A DNA stretch of 64,000 nucleotides, from contig CANFQX010000012.1 in NCBI GenBank assembly GCA_947449255.1, forward strand, positions 30,668-94,667. The letters run 5' to 3'. How positions within the stretch are numbered: the stretch's first letter is position 1; each line of letters starts with the position of its first letter. The stretch is from Pseudobdellovibrionaceae bacterium (GTDB lineage Bacteria; Bdellovibrionota; Bdellovibrionia; Bdellovibrionales; Bdellovibrionaceae). Position numbers and translations under genes: made by a program. The notes beneath the pieces were generated by a model that was not told the DNA's origin, did no database searches, and was given only the letters and a program-made list of their open reading frames with translations. Positions 37,472-46,503 of this stretch are shown piece by piece.

Positions 37472-38464
37472 TTAGATTGGTCGTGATTTTTTTAAAATTT
37501 GGCTTTGCAATTCTTGATCTTGTGCATTCATGGGCGAAAAAAGCTGGGACTGGTAAAAACCTTGGGCTCGCAAGTGATCGATGATGTGTTGATGTGTTCC
37601 CATTTTGTTTTTTGTCCACTCGGGGGCAACCAATTCATCCCATCTTGATGAGTAAGCTGCCAGTCGGTGCAAGGCTATTCGCGGCGACAAATGCTGTAAA
37701 AAGAGCTGCACATGCTTGGTGTAGGTGTCCCTGTCGATGGGTTGAAACTCGCCACGATGATACATTTCTTCAAGGGGAGTGTTTTTCAGGACATGCAAGT
37801 TGTGCAGTTTGACGTTAGAAATTGGCAAAGTATTGACGATCTCAGCGGTGCGAACAATGGTTTCCTCTGATTCACCTGGACTGCCAAAAATAAGATGAAT
37901 GCCCAAATCAACTTTCGTATTTTCTGCAATCTTGTGAAGGGCTTCAATGGAGGCCTCGGCAGTGTGTCCTCGGCGCATAAAATCAAGCTGATCATTATAA
38001 AAACTTTGAACTCCCATTTCTACGGCAACGAAAGATTTTTCATGGTACTCATTCCACAGATCCAGGACAGATTTTGAAAGACAATCAGGTCTGGTTCCCA
38101 GAGTGAACCCCTTAACCCAAGGGTAAGAGAGGGCCACATCAAAATTATTTTTGAGGGCTGAGACTTTTGTGAAAGTGTTGGTGTAGGCTTGAAAATAAAT
38201 TAAAAAAGCTTTGGCTTTGTATTTTTTTGCAATCAACTCATGATATTTTTCTATTTGCGCACGCAATTCCATCGATAAGGACTCTGCATTTGCTGCAGAT
38301 CCCCACACATCGCAAAACACACAGGTTTGCATCCCTTTTAAGCCGCGTCGATTGGGACAATCATCCACCACGGAGACGGGGATCTTGTAAACCTTTTCGC
38401 CAAAGAGTTGATTGTAGTGTTCACTTATAGTGTGATAGGGAAGTCCAAGCCAGCCTTTTTCCAT
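37472..38464 (-). CDS. TIGR01212-family radical SAM protein (YhcC/YtqA-like)
   Basis: FGEKVYKIPV...CPNRRG....TCVFC, YFQAYTNT, GTRPDC, VEMGVQS, RGHT, VKLHNLHVLKNTPL. Confidence 0.9.
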   Translation of the reverse strand: MEKGWLGLPYHTISEHYNQLFGEKVYKIPVSVVDDCPNRRGLKGMQTCVFCDVWGSAANAESLSMELRAQIEKYHELIAKKYKAKAFLIYFQAYTNTFTKVSALKNNFDVALSYPWVKGFTLGTRPDCLSKSVLDLWNEYHEKSFVAVEMGVQSFYNDQLDFMRRGHTAEASIEALHKIAENTKVDLGIHLIFGSPGESEETIVRTAEIVNTLPISNVKLHNLHVLKNTPLEEMYHRGEFQPIDRDTYTKHVQLFLQHLSPRIALHRLAAYSSRWDELVAPEWTKNKMGTHQHIIDHLRAQGFYQSQLFSPMNAQDQELQSQILKKSRPI

Positions 38465-38542
38465 AGGCTGCGGACTCTATCCTGGTTCGTGGAAAATAGA
38501 CAGTAGACAATTTAAAAGTTGTAAAAATAATGGTCTGAATAA

Positions 38543-39313
38543 ATGAATTTAAAGGAACAATTGATGAAATCTTGGCAAGAGATTGGCTTTGAAATTGAAA
38601 TCACCGGTGATGGCAGTCCAAGTCTGCGTATGTTGGAGCTGGTCAATCCAGACAAACCCTTCGGTGAGTCGATGCATCACTCTGGCGGTGCTTGTGCTGA
38701 AACCAACTTAATTTATGGCGAGCCCATCAAAGAAACTCTGGCCCAGGTGCAAGCGCCTCATTTTATGATCGTGGGACTGGGTCTAGGATATATTGAAATG
38801 GTCATTGCCCGAGAAGCCCTGTTGGCAGGCTTAGGTCCTGCAGACCTTCCAATGATCACGAGTTTTGAAAGTGTGCCAGAGTTGCGACAATTTTTTATGC
38901 AATGGCTGCGAGGAAGTTCAGAAATGCATCCGGAGGTCACGGCCACCTATGACCAGGTTGTGCAAAGTATTTTAAATGAAACCTCTCTAGATGCGCCACA
39001 AATTAAAAATTTTCTCTTGAACTATTTTACTAAAGATTCAGATATTCAAGGAGCGCTGTCTGCGGAGAGGGTCTTTCAAGAAAAATACCATTGCATTTTG
39101 TATGATGCTTTCAGTTCCAAAACCACACCCACGCTGTGGAATGAAGAATTCTTAAATTCTTTTTTAAAAAATGTCCCCGCCTCCATCTGTTCTTTTTCGA
39201 CCTATGCTTGCCGAGCCAGTCTTAAACGAGCCCTGAAAGAGCAAGGCTTTGAAGTGATCATTCGCGAGGGTTTTCAGGGCAAAAGAAATTCAACTTTGGC
39301 GAAGAAGATGTGA
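38543..39313 (+). CDS. Stand-alone MnmC-type (MnmD) SAM-dependent methyltransferase
   Basis: TGDGSPSL...GESMHHSGGACAETNLIY, GLGLGY, LYDAFSSKTTPTLW, STYAC..SLKRALKEQGFEV...GFQGKRNST match the MnmC N-terminal methyltransferase. Confidence 0.78.
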   Translation: MNLKEQLMKSWQEIGFEIEITGDGSPSLRMLELVNPDKPFGESMHHSGGACAETNLIYGEPIKETLAQVQAPHFMIVGLGLGYIEMVIAREALLAGLGPADLPMITSFESVPELRQFFMQWLRGSSEMHPEVTATYDQVVQSILNETSLDAPQIKNFLLNYFTKDSDIQGALSAERVFQEKYHCILYDAFSSKTTPTLWNEEFLNSFLKNVPASICSFSTYACRASLKRALKEQGFEVIIREGFQGKRNSTLAKKM

Positions 39314-39357
39314 AGTCTTTTGGAGATTTAAACAGGCAACATCCACCCCAAAGGGAG

Positions 39358-39862
39358 CTAGAAACTCACCTTCAAGCCGAGCAGGCCTCCCTGCGCCAGT
39401 GGAATAAATGAAGGATAAAAGCTGATGTTTTTATCTCCAAGACGAGATTTGATTTCAAAATAACGACGGTTGTGCTCCAGAGGACTTGCCCAAACATCAA
39501 ATATTTCCCAAATTCTAAACCCTAAATAACCTGTAGGAATCGGTCATGGTCTTTGTGGACTCTGATCTGCGATGAGATCTTTCAGATGAGACTTTGACTT
39601 TTTCAATTGTCATGCCCTTTTTTGCGGATCCAGATTCGAGCTCAATTAAGATTTTACTTCCACCAGCGGATACTTTTTTTACCTTACCTTGACCAGAAAT
39701 ATTTAAATCTGAATCTATGATATGAATGTTATTTCCTTGCGAAAAATCTTCATTTCCATCGGTGTCGACTAAGACTTCATTTCCAGTAACCTTAAGGACT
39801 GTTTGTGCTTGAACCTGAGTTGAAAAGAAAAAACATACAATTATAAAAAAGATTGAATTCAT
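39358..39862 (-). pseudogene. Exported protein, apparently frameshifted or internally deleted
   Basis: ORF 39862-39515 has a signal peptide. A second frame (39543-39358) reads PIPTGYLGFRIWEIFDVWASPLEHNRRYFEIKSRLGDKNISFYPSFIPLAQGGLLGLKVSF* with no start of its own. Confidence 0.65.
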
Positions 39863-39990
39863 ATTTTCCCGCTTTATTGCTGGATCTTAATAAGTTCTTG
39901 CAAATTTTAAGGATCGTTTTTTAATGAATCAATTGCAAGCTTTTCATTTTATTGAAATCCAGTCGGAGATGAATCGTTGTATTTAAAATT

Positions 39991-41361
39991 CTAAGTGTCC
40001 TCAACCTGAATTTTATATTGATTCAATTTTTTATATAAATTGGATCTTGAAATTTGCAGCAAAGTGGAGGTCTCATCCGCATTTTTGGTTTGCAAAAAAG
40101 CGGTGCGAATCACATGCGCTTCAAACTCATCGACCAAAATATTTAAACCCTTACTGAAATCAATGGCCGTGTAAGAAACATTTGTTGCGGGAGCCGTTGT
40201 TGGTCTCAGCCAAGCAGAGACATCTTCTTCACGAATAAAGGGCAAGGGTGAAGTCAGGCTCAATTGCTCGCACACACGTTTCAGTTCGCGAACATTCCCG
40301 GGCCAATTGTATTTTTTGAGCATGGCTAAGCCATCTTCAGTGAAGGACTTGTTTCTGCGTGGGCGCTCAGCAGATAAGAAATGTTTGGCCAGCTCTTCAA
40401 TATCTTCAAGACGTTCACAAAGTGGTGGCAGTTGAATGCGTTGGGAGGCTAAGCGGTACAATAAATCTTCTCTAAAGTCACCGGCCGCCACCATTTTTTC
40501 AAGGGATCGATTGCTGGCCGCGATCACTCGTGTTTGCACGAAAGTGCTTTCTTTGGCGCCGACCTTACGAACTTCGCCTGTTTCTAGAAAGCGCAAAAGC
40601 TTGGCCTGCTGATTTAAAGGCATGGCCTCGATTTCATCCAAAAACAGATCTCCGCCATTGGCAGCCTCGACAAGGCCCACTTTGTTTTGATCCGCACCCG
40701 TGAAGGCGCCTTTGATATGCCCAAACATTTCGGATTCAAAAAGCTGATCTGTCAAGCCCCCCATGTTGATGGAAATCAGGGGGCGGTCGGGCTCTTGTTG
40801 ATGGAGCAGCTTTGCAACCACTTCCTTGCCGCAACCCGTGTCCCCTTCGATGAGGACAGAATTTTTTTCTCCGCGAAGTTCGGCCACGCGCTTTCTAATT
40901 TTTGTTGAAGACGGGGATTTGCCGATCCATTGCACAGTGTTTTGGTTTGATTGATTTTCAATATTGCGAAGGTCCCAGTGGGCTTCAATTTTTTCTAGAA
41001 CCAAAAGCACTTCCTCGGGCGTGAGGGGTTTGCCTAAAAATTTTTGGGCCCCAGCTTTAAGGCAGGTTTCCATCAGCGTGCGATTTAAATCCCCAGACAT
41101 CGCCACAATATCCAATTGGGGGTTGTGCTTGATAAGTTTTGAGATGATGTCGGGACCGAGGGCTTTGGTTTTCCCCAGCTCTAAGTGCATATCCACGAAG
41201 GCTGCGTGATAGAAGCGCTCATGTTGGACAGACTCTGAGGTGTGTGCAGAAAAAACTTTCCAATGCGCTGGAATACACATTTTGATGGATTGATGAATGA
41301 GTGCATCGTCGTCGACAATCAGCAGTGAAAAAGCTTTGTTTTTAGTCATAGTCTTAAGCAT
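39991..41361 (-). CDS. Sigma-54-dependent response regulator (NtrC family)
   Basis: REC (IVDDD...FVDMHL), Walker A GDTGCGKE, GAFTGA, LFLDEI, WPGNVREL, C-terminal Fis-type HTH. Confidence 0.94.
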   Translation of the reverse strand: MLKTMTKNKAFSLLIVDDDALIHQSIKMCIPAHWKVFSAHTSESVQHERFYHAAFVDMHLELGKTKALGPDIISKLIKHNPQLDIVAMSGDLNRTLMETCLKAGAQKFLGKPLTPEEVLLVLEKIEAHWDLRNIENQSNQNTVQWIGKSPSSTKIRKRVAELRGEKNSVLIEGDTGCGKEVVAKLLHQQEPDRPLISINMGGLTDQLFESEMFGHIKGAFTGADQNKVGLVEAANGGDLFLDEIEAMPLNQQAKLLRFLETGEVRKVGAKESTFVQTRVIAASNRSLEKMVAAGDFREDLLYRLASQRIQLPPLCERLEDIEELAKHFLSAERPRRNKSFTEDGLAMLKKYNWPGNVRELKRVCEQLSLTSPLPFIREEDVSAWLRPTTAPATNVSYTAIDFSKGLNILVDEFEAHVIRTAFLQTKNADETSTLLQISRSNLYKKLNQYKIQVEDT

Positions 41362-41473
41362 GTCTTGGTTGTAAGTTTGAAGCTAGATCTATTGCGATGC
41401 GGTAGTGAATAAATAAATAAATGTGTAGATTTTTTGTCTTGAGTTCAATGCGGCACATGGTTAGGTTAAATTT

Positions 41474-41842
41474 ATGGGCAAGCTTTCGGCACAACTAGCA
41501 CAAATAAATATTCTACCAGCCGACTTTGAATGTCTTGCGGCAAATGTGAGAGACCGCATTCTATCTGTGAGCAAGCCACTGCGGATCTATATTTTTGGGA
41601 GTTATGCACGTGGTACAACCCATCAGTTTTCTGATTTGGATTTAGCGATTGTCTTTGCCAGCAAGGAAGAAACTAAAAAATTTAAAAAGATCATTTTAAA
41701 CAGCAAGCTTTTTCTTGATGTTTCTGTTGATTATTTATTTTATTCAATTGATGATTTTAACAAAAAAGCCCAAACTGGTGGAGTCAGCTTCATCATCAAA
41801 AATGAGGGTAAAGTTATTTATGACCAAGGAACAAAAGTTTAA
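41474..41842 (+). CDS. Minimal nucleotidyltransferase (MNT), putative antitoxin
   Basis: IYIFGSYARGTTHQFSDLDLAIV. Confidence 0.9.
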   Translation: MGKLSAQLAQINILPADFECLAANVRDRILSVSKPLRIYIFGSYARGTTHQFSDLDLAIVFASKEETKKFKKIILNSKLFLDVSVDYLFYSIDDFNKKAQTGGVSFIIKNEGKVIYDQGTKV

Positions 41843-42218
41843 GAAAGAATATGCCTTTGAGTTGTTAAGTATAGCAGAGGGTGATCTTGAAACTACACAA
41901 ATTTTGCTTGCTGCAAATTCCGGTCGAAAAGAAAATATTTGCTTTAATGCGCAACAAGTGATTGAAAAATCATTAAAAGCTGCACTTTGTTTTTTGGAAA
42001 TACCAGTGCCATTTACTCATAACCTTGATATTTTAATTGATCGATTGCCGCCTCAAATTCACTTGAATATTCCCGAAAACATCAATGAGCTTACTGAGTA
42101 TGCAACAATTCGAAGGTACGAAGAAGGAACTTTTGAATTGGATCAAGAGGATTTACAGACTGCATATAAATTGGCCCAGACAACCTTTGCTTGGGCTAAA
42201 AATCTTTGCAAGTCCTGA
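41820..42218 (+). CDS. HEPN domain protein
   Basis: AEGDLETT, CFNAQQVIEKSLKAAL, PFTHNLDIL, RRYEE; ATG 41820 overlaps the MNT stop by 23 bp. Confidence 0.88.
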   Translation: MTKEQKFKKEYAFELLSIAEGDLETTQILLAANSGRKENICFNAQQVIEKSLKAALCFLEIPVPFTHNLDILIDRLPPQIHLNIPENINELTEYATIRRYEEGTFELDQEDLQTAYKLAQTTFAWAKNLCKS

Positions 42219-42338
42219 ATGGTGCGGAAGTGATCTTATAATGCCCCCAGTATGATTATGAATGATTGTCTCTGGATTACAGAGCAATAGGCATACCAGG
42301 TGCATTTTGATTTTTTGGCGTGTCAGGTTTTTTTAGAA

Positions 42339-43994
42339 TTACCTCAAGGCTCTTCTTAAAATTTTTCCGACATTTGTTTTTGGCAAATCTGTTCTGAATT
42401 CAACAACCTTTGGAATTTTGTAATTAGTCAGGCTCAGTCTTGCATGGGCGATGACATCTTCCGCAGTGAGGGCTGGATCTTTTTTGACCACAACAGCTTT
42501 TACAATTTCACCTGAATGTTCATTGGGAACCCCAACAGCAGCCACTTCCAGAACTCCTGGGTGAGAGGCAATCGCTTCTTCCACCTCATTTGGATAAACA
42601 TTAAAACCAGAGACCAGGATCATGTCTTTTTTGCGATCAACAATTTTAAAGAAGCCACTTTCATCCACAACGGCAATGTCACCGGTGCGAAGCCAACCAT
42701 CGGGAGTAAAAACTTTGGCTGTTTCATCGGGACGTTGCCAGTAACCTTTCATGACCTGAGGGCCCAGGCAGCAGAGCTCGCCAGGTTCGCCCATAGTCAC
42801 CTCTTTGTCGTTGTCATCCAGAAGTTTAACATTAGTGCTAGGGACGGGGAGACCGATGGATCCCACGCGGTCTGTGCCGTCAATAGGGTTGCAGGTGACA
42901 ACAGGAGATGCTTCCGTCAATCCATAGCCCTCAACAATCACAGAGTTGGTGATCTTCATCCATTTTTCCGCCACAGTTTTTTGTAAAGTCATAGCGCCGG
43001 CAACACTGATTTTTACATTTTTAAAATCAATCGTGACAAAATCAGGATGGTTCATCAGGGCATTGAATAAAGTGTTCACTCCAGACAATACAGTGAAAGG
43101 AATTTTTTTTAGATCTTTGATAAATCCGGCGATATCTTTGGGGTTTGTGATCAGCACATTTTCAGCGCCCATTTTGATAAAGGCTAAGCAATTCACTTCT
43201 AAGGCAAAGATATGATACAAGGGGAGGGCCGCAATAGCGACCTCTTGCCCCTCAAGCAAACGAGGTGACATCCAGTTGCGAATTTGCAAAGTGTTGGCAA
43301 GAATGTTTCGGTGCGAGAGCATGGCGCCCTTCGCAACTCCAGTGGTGCCTCCGGTGTATTGAAGAAAGGCCAGGTCCTCTTGAGTGCAATTCACTTTGGT
43401 GTGGGGGCGCAGGGCCCCAAGCTCCAGGGCTTGGCGAAAAGAATATGCTTGGGGCAGATGAAAGGGTGGCACCATCTTTTTGACGTATTTTACTACTGAG
43501 TTGACTAAAATTCTTTTAAACGTCGGCATCATATCTGCAATTTCTGTAGTCACAACACTTTCAATCGACGTGTCTTTGATGATCTCCTCTAAGTGACTTG
43601 CAAAATTAGCGAGGATCACGATGGCTTTGGCGCCGGAGTCTTTAAACTGATGGTGCATCTCTTTGGCCGTATAAAGTGGATTGGTGTTCACCACGACCAG
43701 CCCCACGCGGTGAGCGGCAAATAAAACAACCGGAAATTGCAAAAGATTCGGCAATTGAATGGCAATGCGATCGCCCTTTTTTAATTTCAATTCGTTTTGC
43801 AGAAAAGATGCAAAATGACCCACACTTTTGTCGAGTTCTGAGTAAGTTAGACTCACACCCATATTGGTGAAAGCTTTTTTGTTGCTGAATTTCAGGATGG
43901 CTTCGTCATAAATATCCATCAAGGAGTTGTAACCGTTAAAGTCGATCTCTGCGTTGATACCTTTAGGATATTTGTTGAGCCAAATTTTTTCCAT
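42339..43994 (-). CDS. fadD: Long-chain fatty acid--CoA ligase
   Basis: LQYTGGTTGVAKG, EGYGLTEASP, GWLRTGD, DRKKDMILVSGFNVYP, KTNVGKILRR; N-terminus like E. coli FadD. Confidence 0.93.
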   Translation of the reverse strand: MEKIWLNKYPKGINAEIDFNGYNSLMDIYDEAILKFSNKKAFTNMGVSLTYSELDKSVGHFASFLQNELKLKKGDRIAIQLPNLLQFPVVLFAAHRVGLVVVNTNPLYTAKEMHHQFKDSGAKAIVILANFASHLEEIIKDTSIESVVTTEIADMMPTFKRILVNSVVKYVKKMVPPFHLPQAYSFRQALELGALRPHTKVNCTQEDLAFLQYTGGTTGVAKGAMLSHRNILANTLQIRNWMSPRLLEGQEVAIAALPLYHIFALEVNCLAFIKMGAENVLITNPKDIAGFIKDLKKIPFTVLSGVNTLFNALMNHPDFVTIDFKNVKISVAGAMTLQKTVAEKWMKITNSVIVEGYGLTEASPVVTCNPIDGTDRVGSIGLPVPSTNVKLLDDNDKEVTMGEPGELCCLGPQVMKGYWQRPDETAKVFTPDGWLRTGDIAVVDESGFFKIVDRKKDMILVSGFNVYPNEVEEAIASHPGVLEVAAVGVPNEHSGEIVKAVVVKKDPALTAEDVIAHARLSLTNYKIPKVVEFRTDLPKTNVGKILRRALR

Positions 43995-44096
43995 GATGAG
44001 ATTCTCCTTGAGCTTTAGATGAAATTCTAGTTGAAAGACTTCAGCCTGGTAAAGGAATATCTTGTGTTCATAGTTTGGTTTTGTAAAACTCTTTTT

Positions 44097-45236
44097 ATGA
44101 AAGTCCTTGTGAAAAATTTCTTATTTTGTTTCTTGCTTTGCTCAGGATTAGTTTTAGCCCAGGCAGCTCCAGCTTCTAAGCCTTCTAAGTTTGGACAAGA
44201 TCAAAGTCTTATGGCGCTCACCCGTTACTTTGGTCAAGCGGACTTAATCCATAAAGAAGTTTGGTGGGTTTTGTCTGCTGAAAAAAAACCGGTGGGTAAA
44301 TCCCCCTTCGGGAAAGTGGAGCGCGCCCTCATTTCATTTGCTCATGAGTCCCATCTTTCAAATGTCAAACTTTCCAATAAATCCCTCTTTCGTTGTGATC
44401 GCTATGTGGTCACCAGACATCACAGCTCGCCTTTTGCTTTTCCACAAAATTTTGAAATTTTTGAAAAATGCAGCAACAAATCCAATGCTAAAAAAATAGC
44501 GGATGTGAATTTTATAAAAGCCACTGAATTTGGCGTGATTTTTTATCCAGAAAATCTTGAAGAAGTTTTGGGACTGGGGCCCACTATCTTGAATAAAAAA
44601 ATCGAATGCCAGATTCGGGTGAATTCCGCTGAGGTGATTTCTTCAATGCTCTGCCAGAATTGGAGTCAGGATCGCTCTGAAGACGTTGCAAAGAAAAATA
44701 TGCAAGTGAACGGAGCCGAGAATGTTCAAATGGTTCGTATCGACACCTATGAATATCAAAAAAATGGTAAAGATTTGATTCGCTTGCGAGGCAAAATTTT
44801 TCAGAATCTTGCTGAGATTCGCAAGATTGATGTGCTAGTTCCTCAGGTTGGAAAAATTCAAGTGACAGAAACTGAACTCTATCAGGCCGAAAAAGTCAGC
44901 CCACCTGAATTAGCGCCTGGCAAAAACATCACAAATCCCAAAGTGGTCGAAAAATTAAGTGGGCGAATCCCCAAACCTTTGCCGACGGCGGCGCCAGTTG
45001 TTGCGCCAGGAATAGAGGCAGTCCCTGTCAGCCCTCAGGCTCATATCCCTGAAGCTCCCGCGGAGGTTCCTGTTCCGCCTGAGGCGGTCAATGAAGCAAA
45101 TCCAGATCCAGCCAATTCAGCTCCACCCACCAATCCAGCTGACGAGGGTTGGCCCGAGGGAGAGCCCAGAGAAATGAATATTCCACCCGAAGTAAATCCG
45201 ACACCGCAACAAGGAGAAGAACCCCATGGACGCTAA
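44097..45236 (+). CDS. Secreted hypothetical protein with Pro/Glu-rich C-terminal tail
   Basis: Signal peptide from ATG 44097 (MKVLVKNFLFCFLLCSGLVLAQA); tail PEAPAEVPVPPEAVNEANPDPANSAPPTNP. Confidence 0.7.
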   Translation: MKVLVKNFLFCFLLCSGLVLAQAAPASKPSKFGQDQSLMALTRYFGQADLIHKEVWWVLSAEKKPVGKSPFGKVERALISFAHESHLSNVKLSNKSLFRCDRYVVTRHHSSPFAFPQNFEIFEKCSNKSNAKKIADVNFIKATEFGVIFYPENLEEVLGLGPTILNKKIECQIRVNSAEVISSMLCQNWSQDRSEDVAKKNMQVNGAENVQMVRIDTYEYQKNGKDLIRLRGKIFQNLAEIRKIDVLVPQVGKIQVTETELYQAEKVSPPELAPGKNITNPKVVEKLSGRIPKPLPTAAPVVAPGIEAVPVSPQAHIPEAPAEVPVPPEAVNEANPDPANSAPPTNPADEGWPEGEPREMNIPPEVNPTPQQGEEPHGR

Positions 45237-45696
45237 AATTCAAGTAGGAAAAAAAGTACCCACATTTTCAATTCCATCATCCAGTGGTGAAGTTTTTAAA
45301 TTGTCAGAAAATAAAGGCAAAAAAATTATTTTGTTTTTTTACCCTAAAGACAACACACCAGGGTGCACCACTGAAAGCATTGAATTCAATGAGTTGTTGC
45401 CGAAGTTTAAAAAAATGAATGCTGAAGTTTATGGAATCTCTCGCGACAGTTTGAAGTCTCATGATAAATTTATCTGCAAATATGACTTTAAATTTGAGCT
45501 TCTTTCCGATGAAGATCAGGCCCTGTGCAATTTATTTCAAGTGATTAAAGAAAAAAACATGTATGGCAAAAAAGTCATGGGAATTGAACGCAGCACTTTT
45601 ATCATTGATGAGGCCGGAGTGCTTGTTGAGGAATTCAGAAAGGTCAAGGCGGAAGGGCATGCCGCTTTTATTTTGGATTTTTTGAAAAAAAATTGA
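45226..45696 (+). CDS. bcp: Peroxiredoxin Bcp
   Basis: FFYPKDNTPGCTTES, KKVMGIERSTFIID. Confidence 0.93.
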   Translation: MDAKIQVGKKVPTFSIPSSSGEVFKLSENKGKKIILFFYPKDNTPGCTTESIEFNELLPKFKKMNAEVYGISRDSLKSHDKFICKYDFKFELLSDEDQALCNLFQVIKEKNMYGKKVMGIERSTFIIDEAGVLVEEFRKVKAEGHAAFILDFLKKN

Positions 45697-45938
45697 GATC
45701 TTTGAGTTAAGTTCTTCACTTCCCCTAAGTTTAGAGGAAGTGGAGAAAAATTTTCGAATAAATTAGGGCTTTGTTTTCTTGTTTTTGTTTTCAATACTTC
45801 CTGAAAGATCTTGAATTTGCTTCCTCACACTTGGTGGAAGGCTTTTTAGAAATTCCTCAGCCCTAATTCAAATGAAAGTGTTTTTATAAAAAAGTTTAAA
45901 TGCGAACAATTTACGTCTCAAAATGAGAGGAGTCCTGA

Positions 45939-46424
45939 ATGGCTAATGATCTCTATGCATTCACTGCTGTTGATTCTGGGGGGCAGACTGTCAATTTTGA
46001 CACTTACCGCGGCAAAGTGGTCTTGGTGGTCAACGTTGCCAGCAAATGTGGCTTTACACCCCAATATAAAGGCTTGGAAGAGCTCTATCAGAAGTTTAAG
46101 GACAAGGGGCTTATAATTCTTGGTTTTCCCTGCAATCAATTTGGTGCCCAAGAGCCGGCGACGAATCAAGAAATTCAAAGTTTTTGTGAGCTCAATTACG
46201 GCGTCACTTTTCCTGTTTTAGGAAAGGTGGATGTCAATGGGGATAAGGCAGCGCCCCTCTTTCAATGGTTAAAATCAGCAGCGCCAGGAATTTTTGGAAC
46301 CGAATTGATAAAATGGAATTTTACCAAATTCCTTATTGGCAAAGATGGCCAAGTTTTAAAGCGATTTGCGCCCAAAGAGGAGCCCAAAGATTTAGCCGCA
46401 GAGATTGAGGCAGCATTAGTTTAG
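45939..46424 (+). CDS. Glutathione peroxidase family (Cys type)
   Basis: VNVASKCGFTPQY, LGFPCNQFGAQEP, IKWNFTKFL. Confidence 0.95.
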   Translation: MANDLYAFTAVDSGGQTVNFDTYRGKVVLVVNVASKCGFTPQYKGLEELYQKFKDKGLIILGFPCNQFGAQEPATNQEIQSFCELNYGVTFPVLGKVDVNGDKAAPLFQWLKSAAPGIFGTELIKWNFTKFLIGKDGQVLKRFAPKEEPKDLAAEIEAALV

Positions 46425-46432
46425 TTTTCTTC

Positions 46433-46466
46433 AAAAAAAAAGGCCTCAGAAAAAATCTGAGGCCTT
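46433..46466 (-). terminator. Intrinsic terminator after htpG (possibly bidirectional)
   Basis: Perfect 11-bp stem AAGGCCTCAGA/TCTGAGGCCTT with an A-tract on the left (U-tract on minus) between convergent genes. Confidence 0.8.
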
Positions 46467-46503
46467 AAATGTAAAAAAATATTTCTCTGTCTCTGCCTAA
46501 GGC

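Noticed and set aside
41715-41819. Extended N-terminus of the HEPN ORF in the track
   Set aside because: It overlaps the MNT gene by over 100 bp; ATG 41820 gives a typical HEPN length and coupling.
45939-46424. Selenocysteine glutathione peroxidase
   Set aside because: The active-site codon is TGT (Cys), not TGA.
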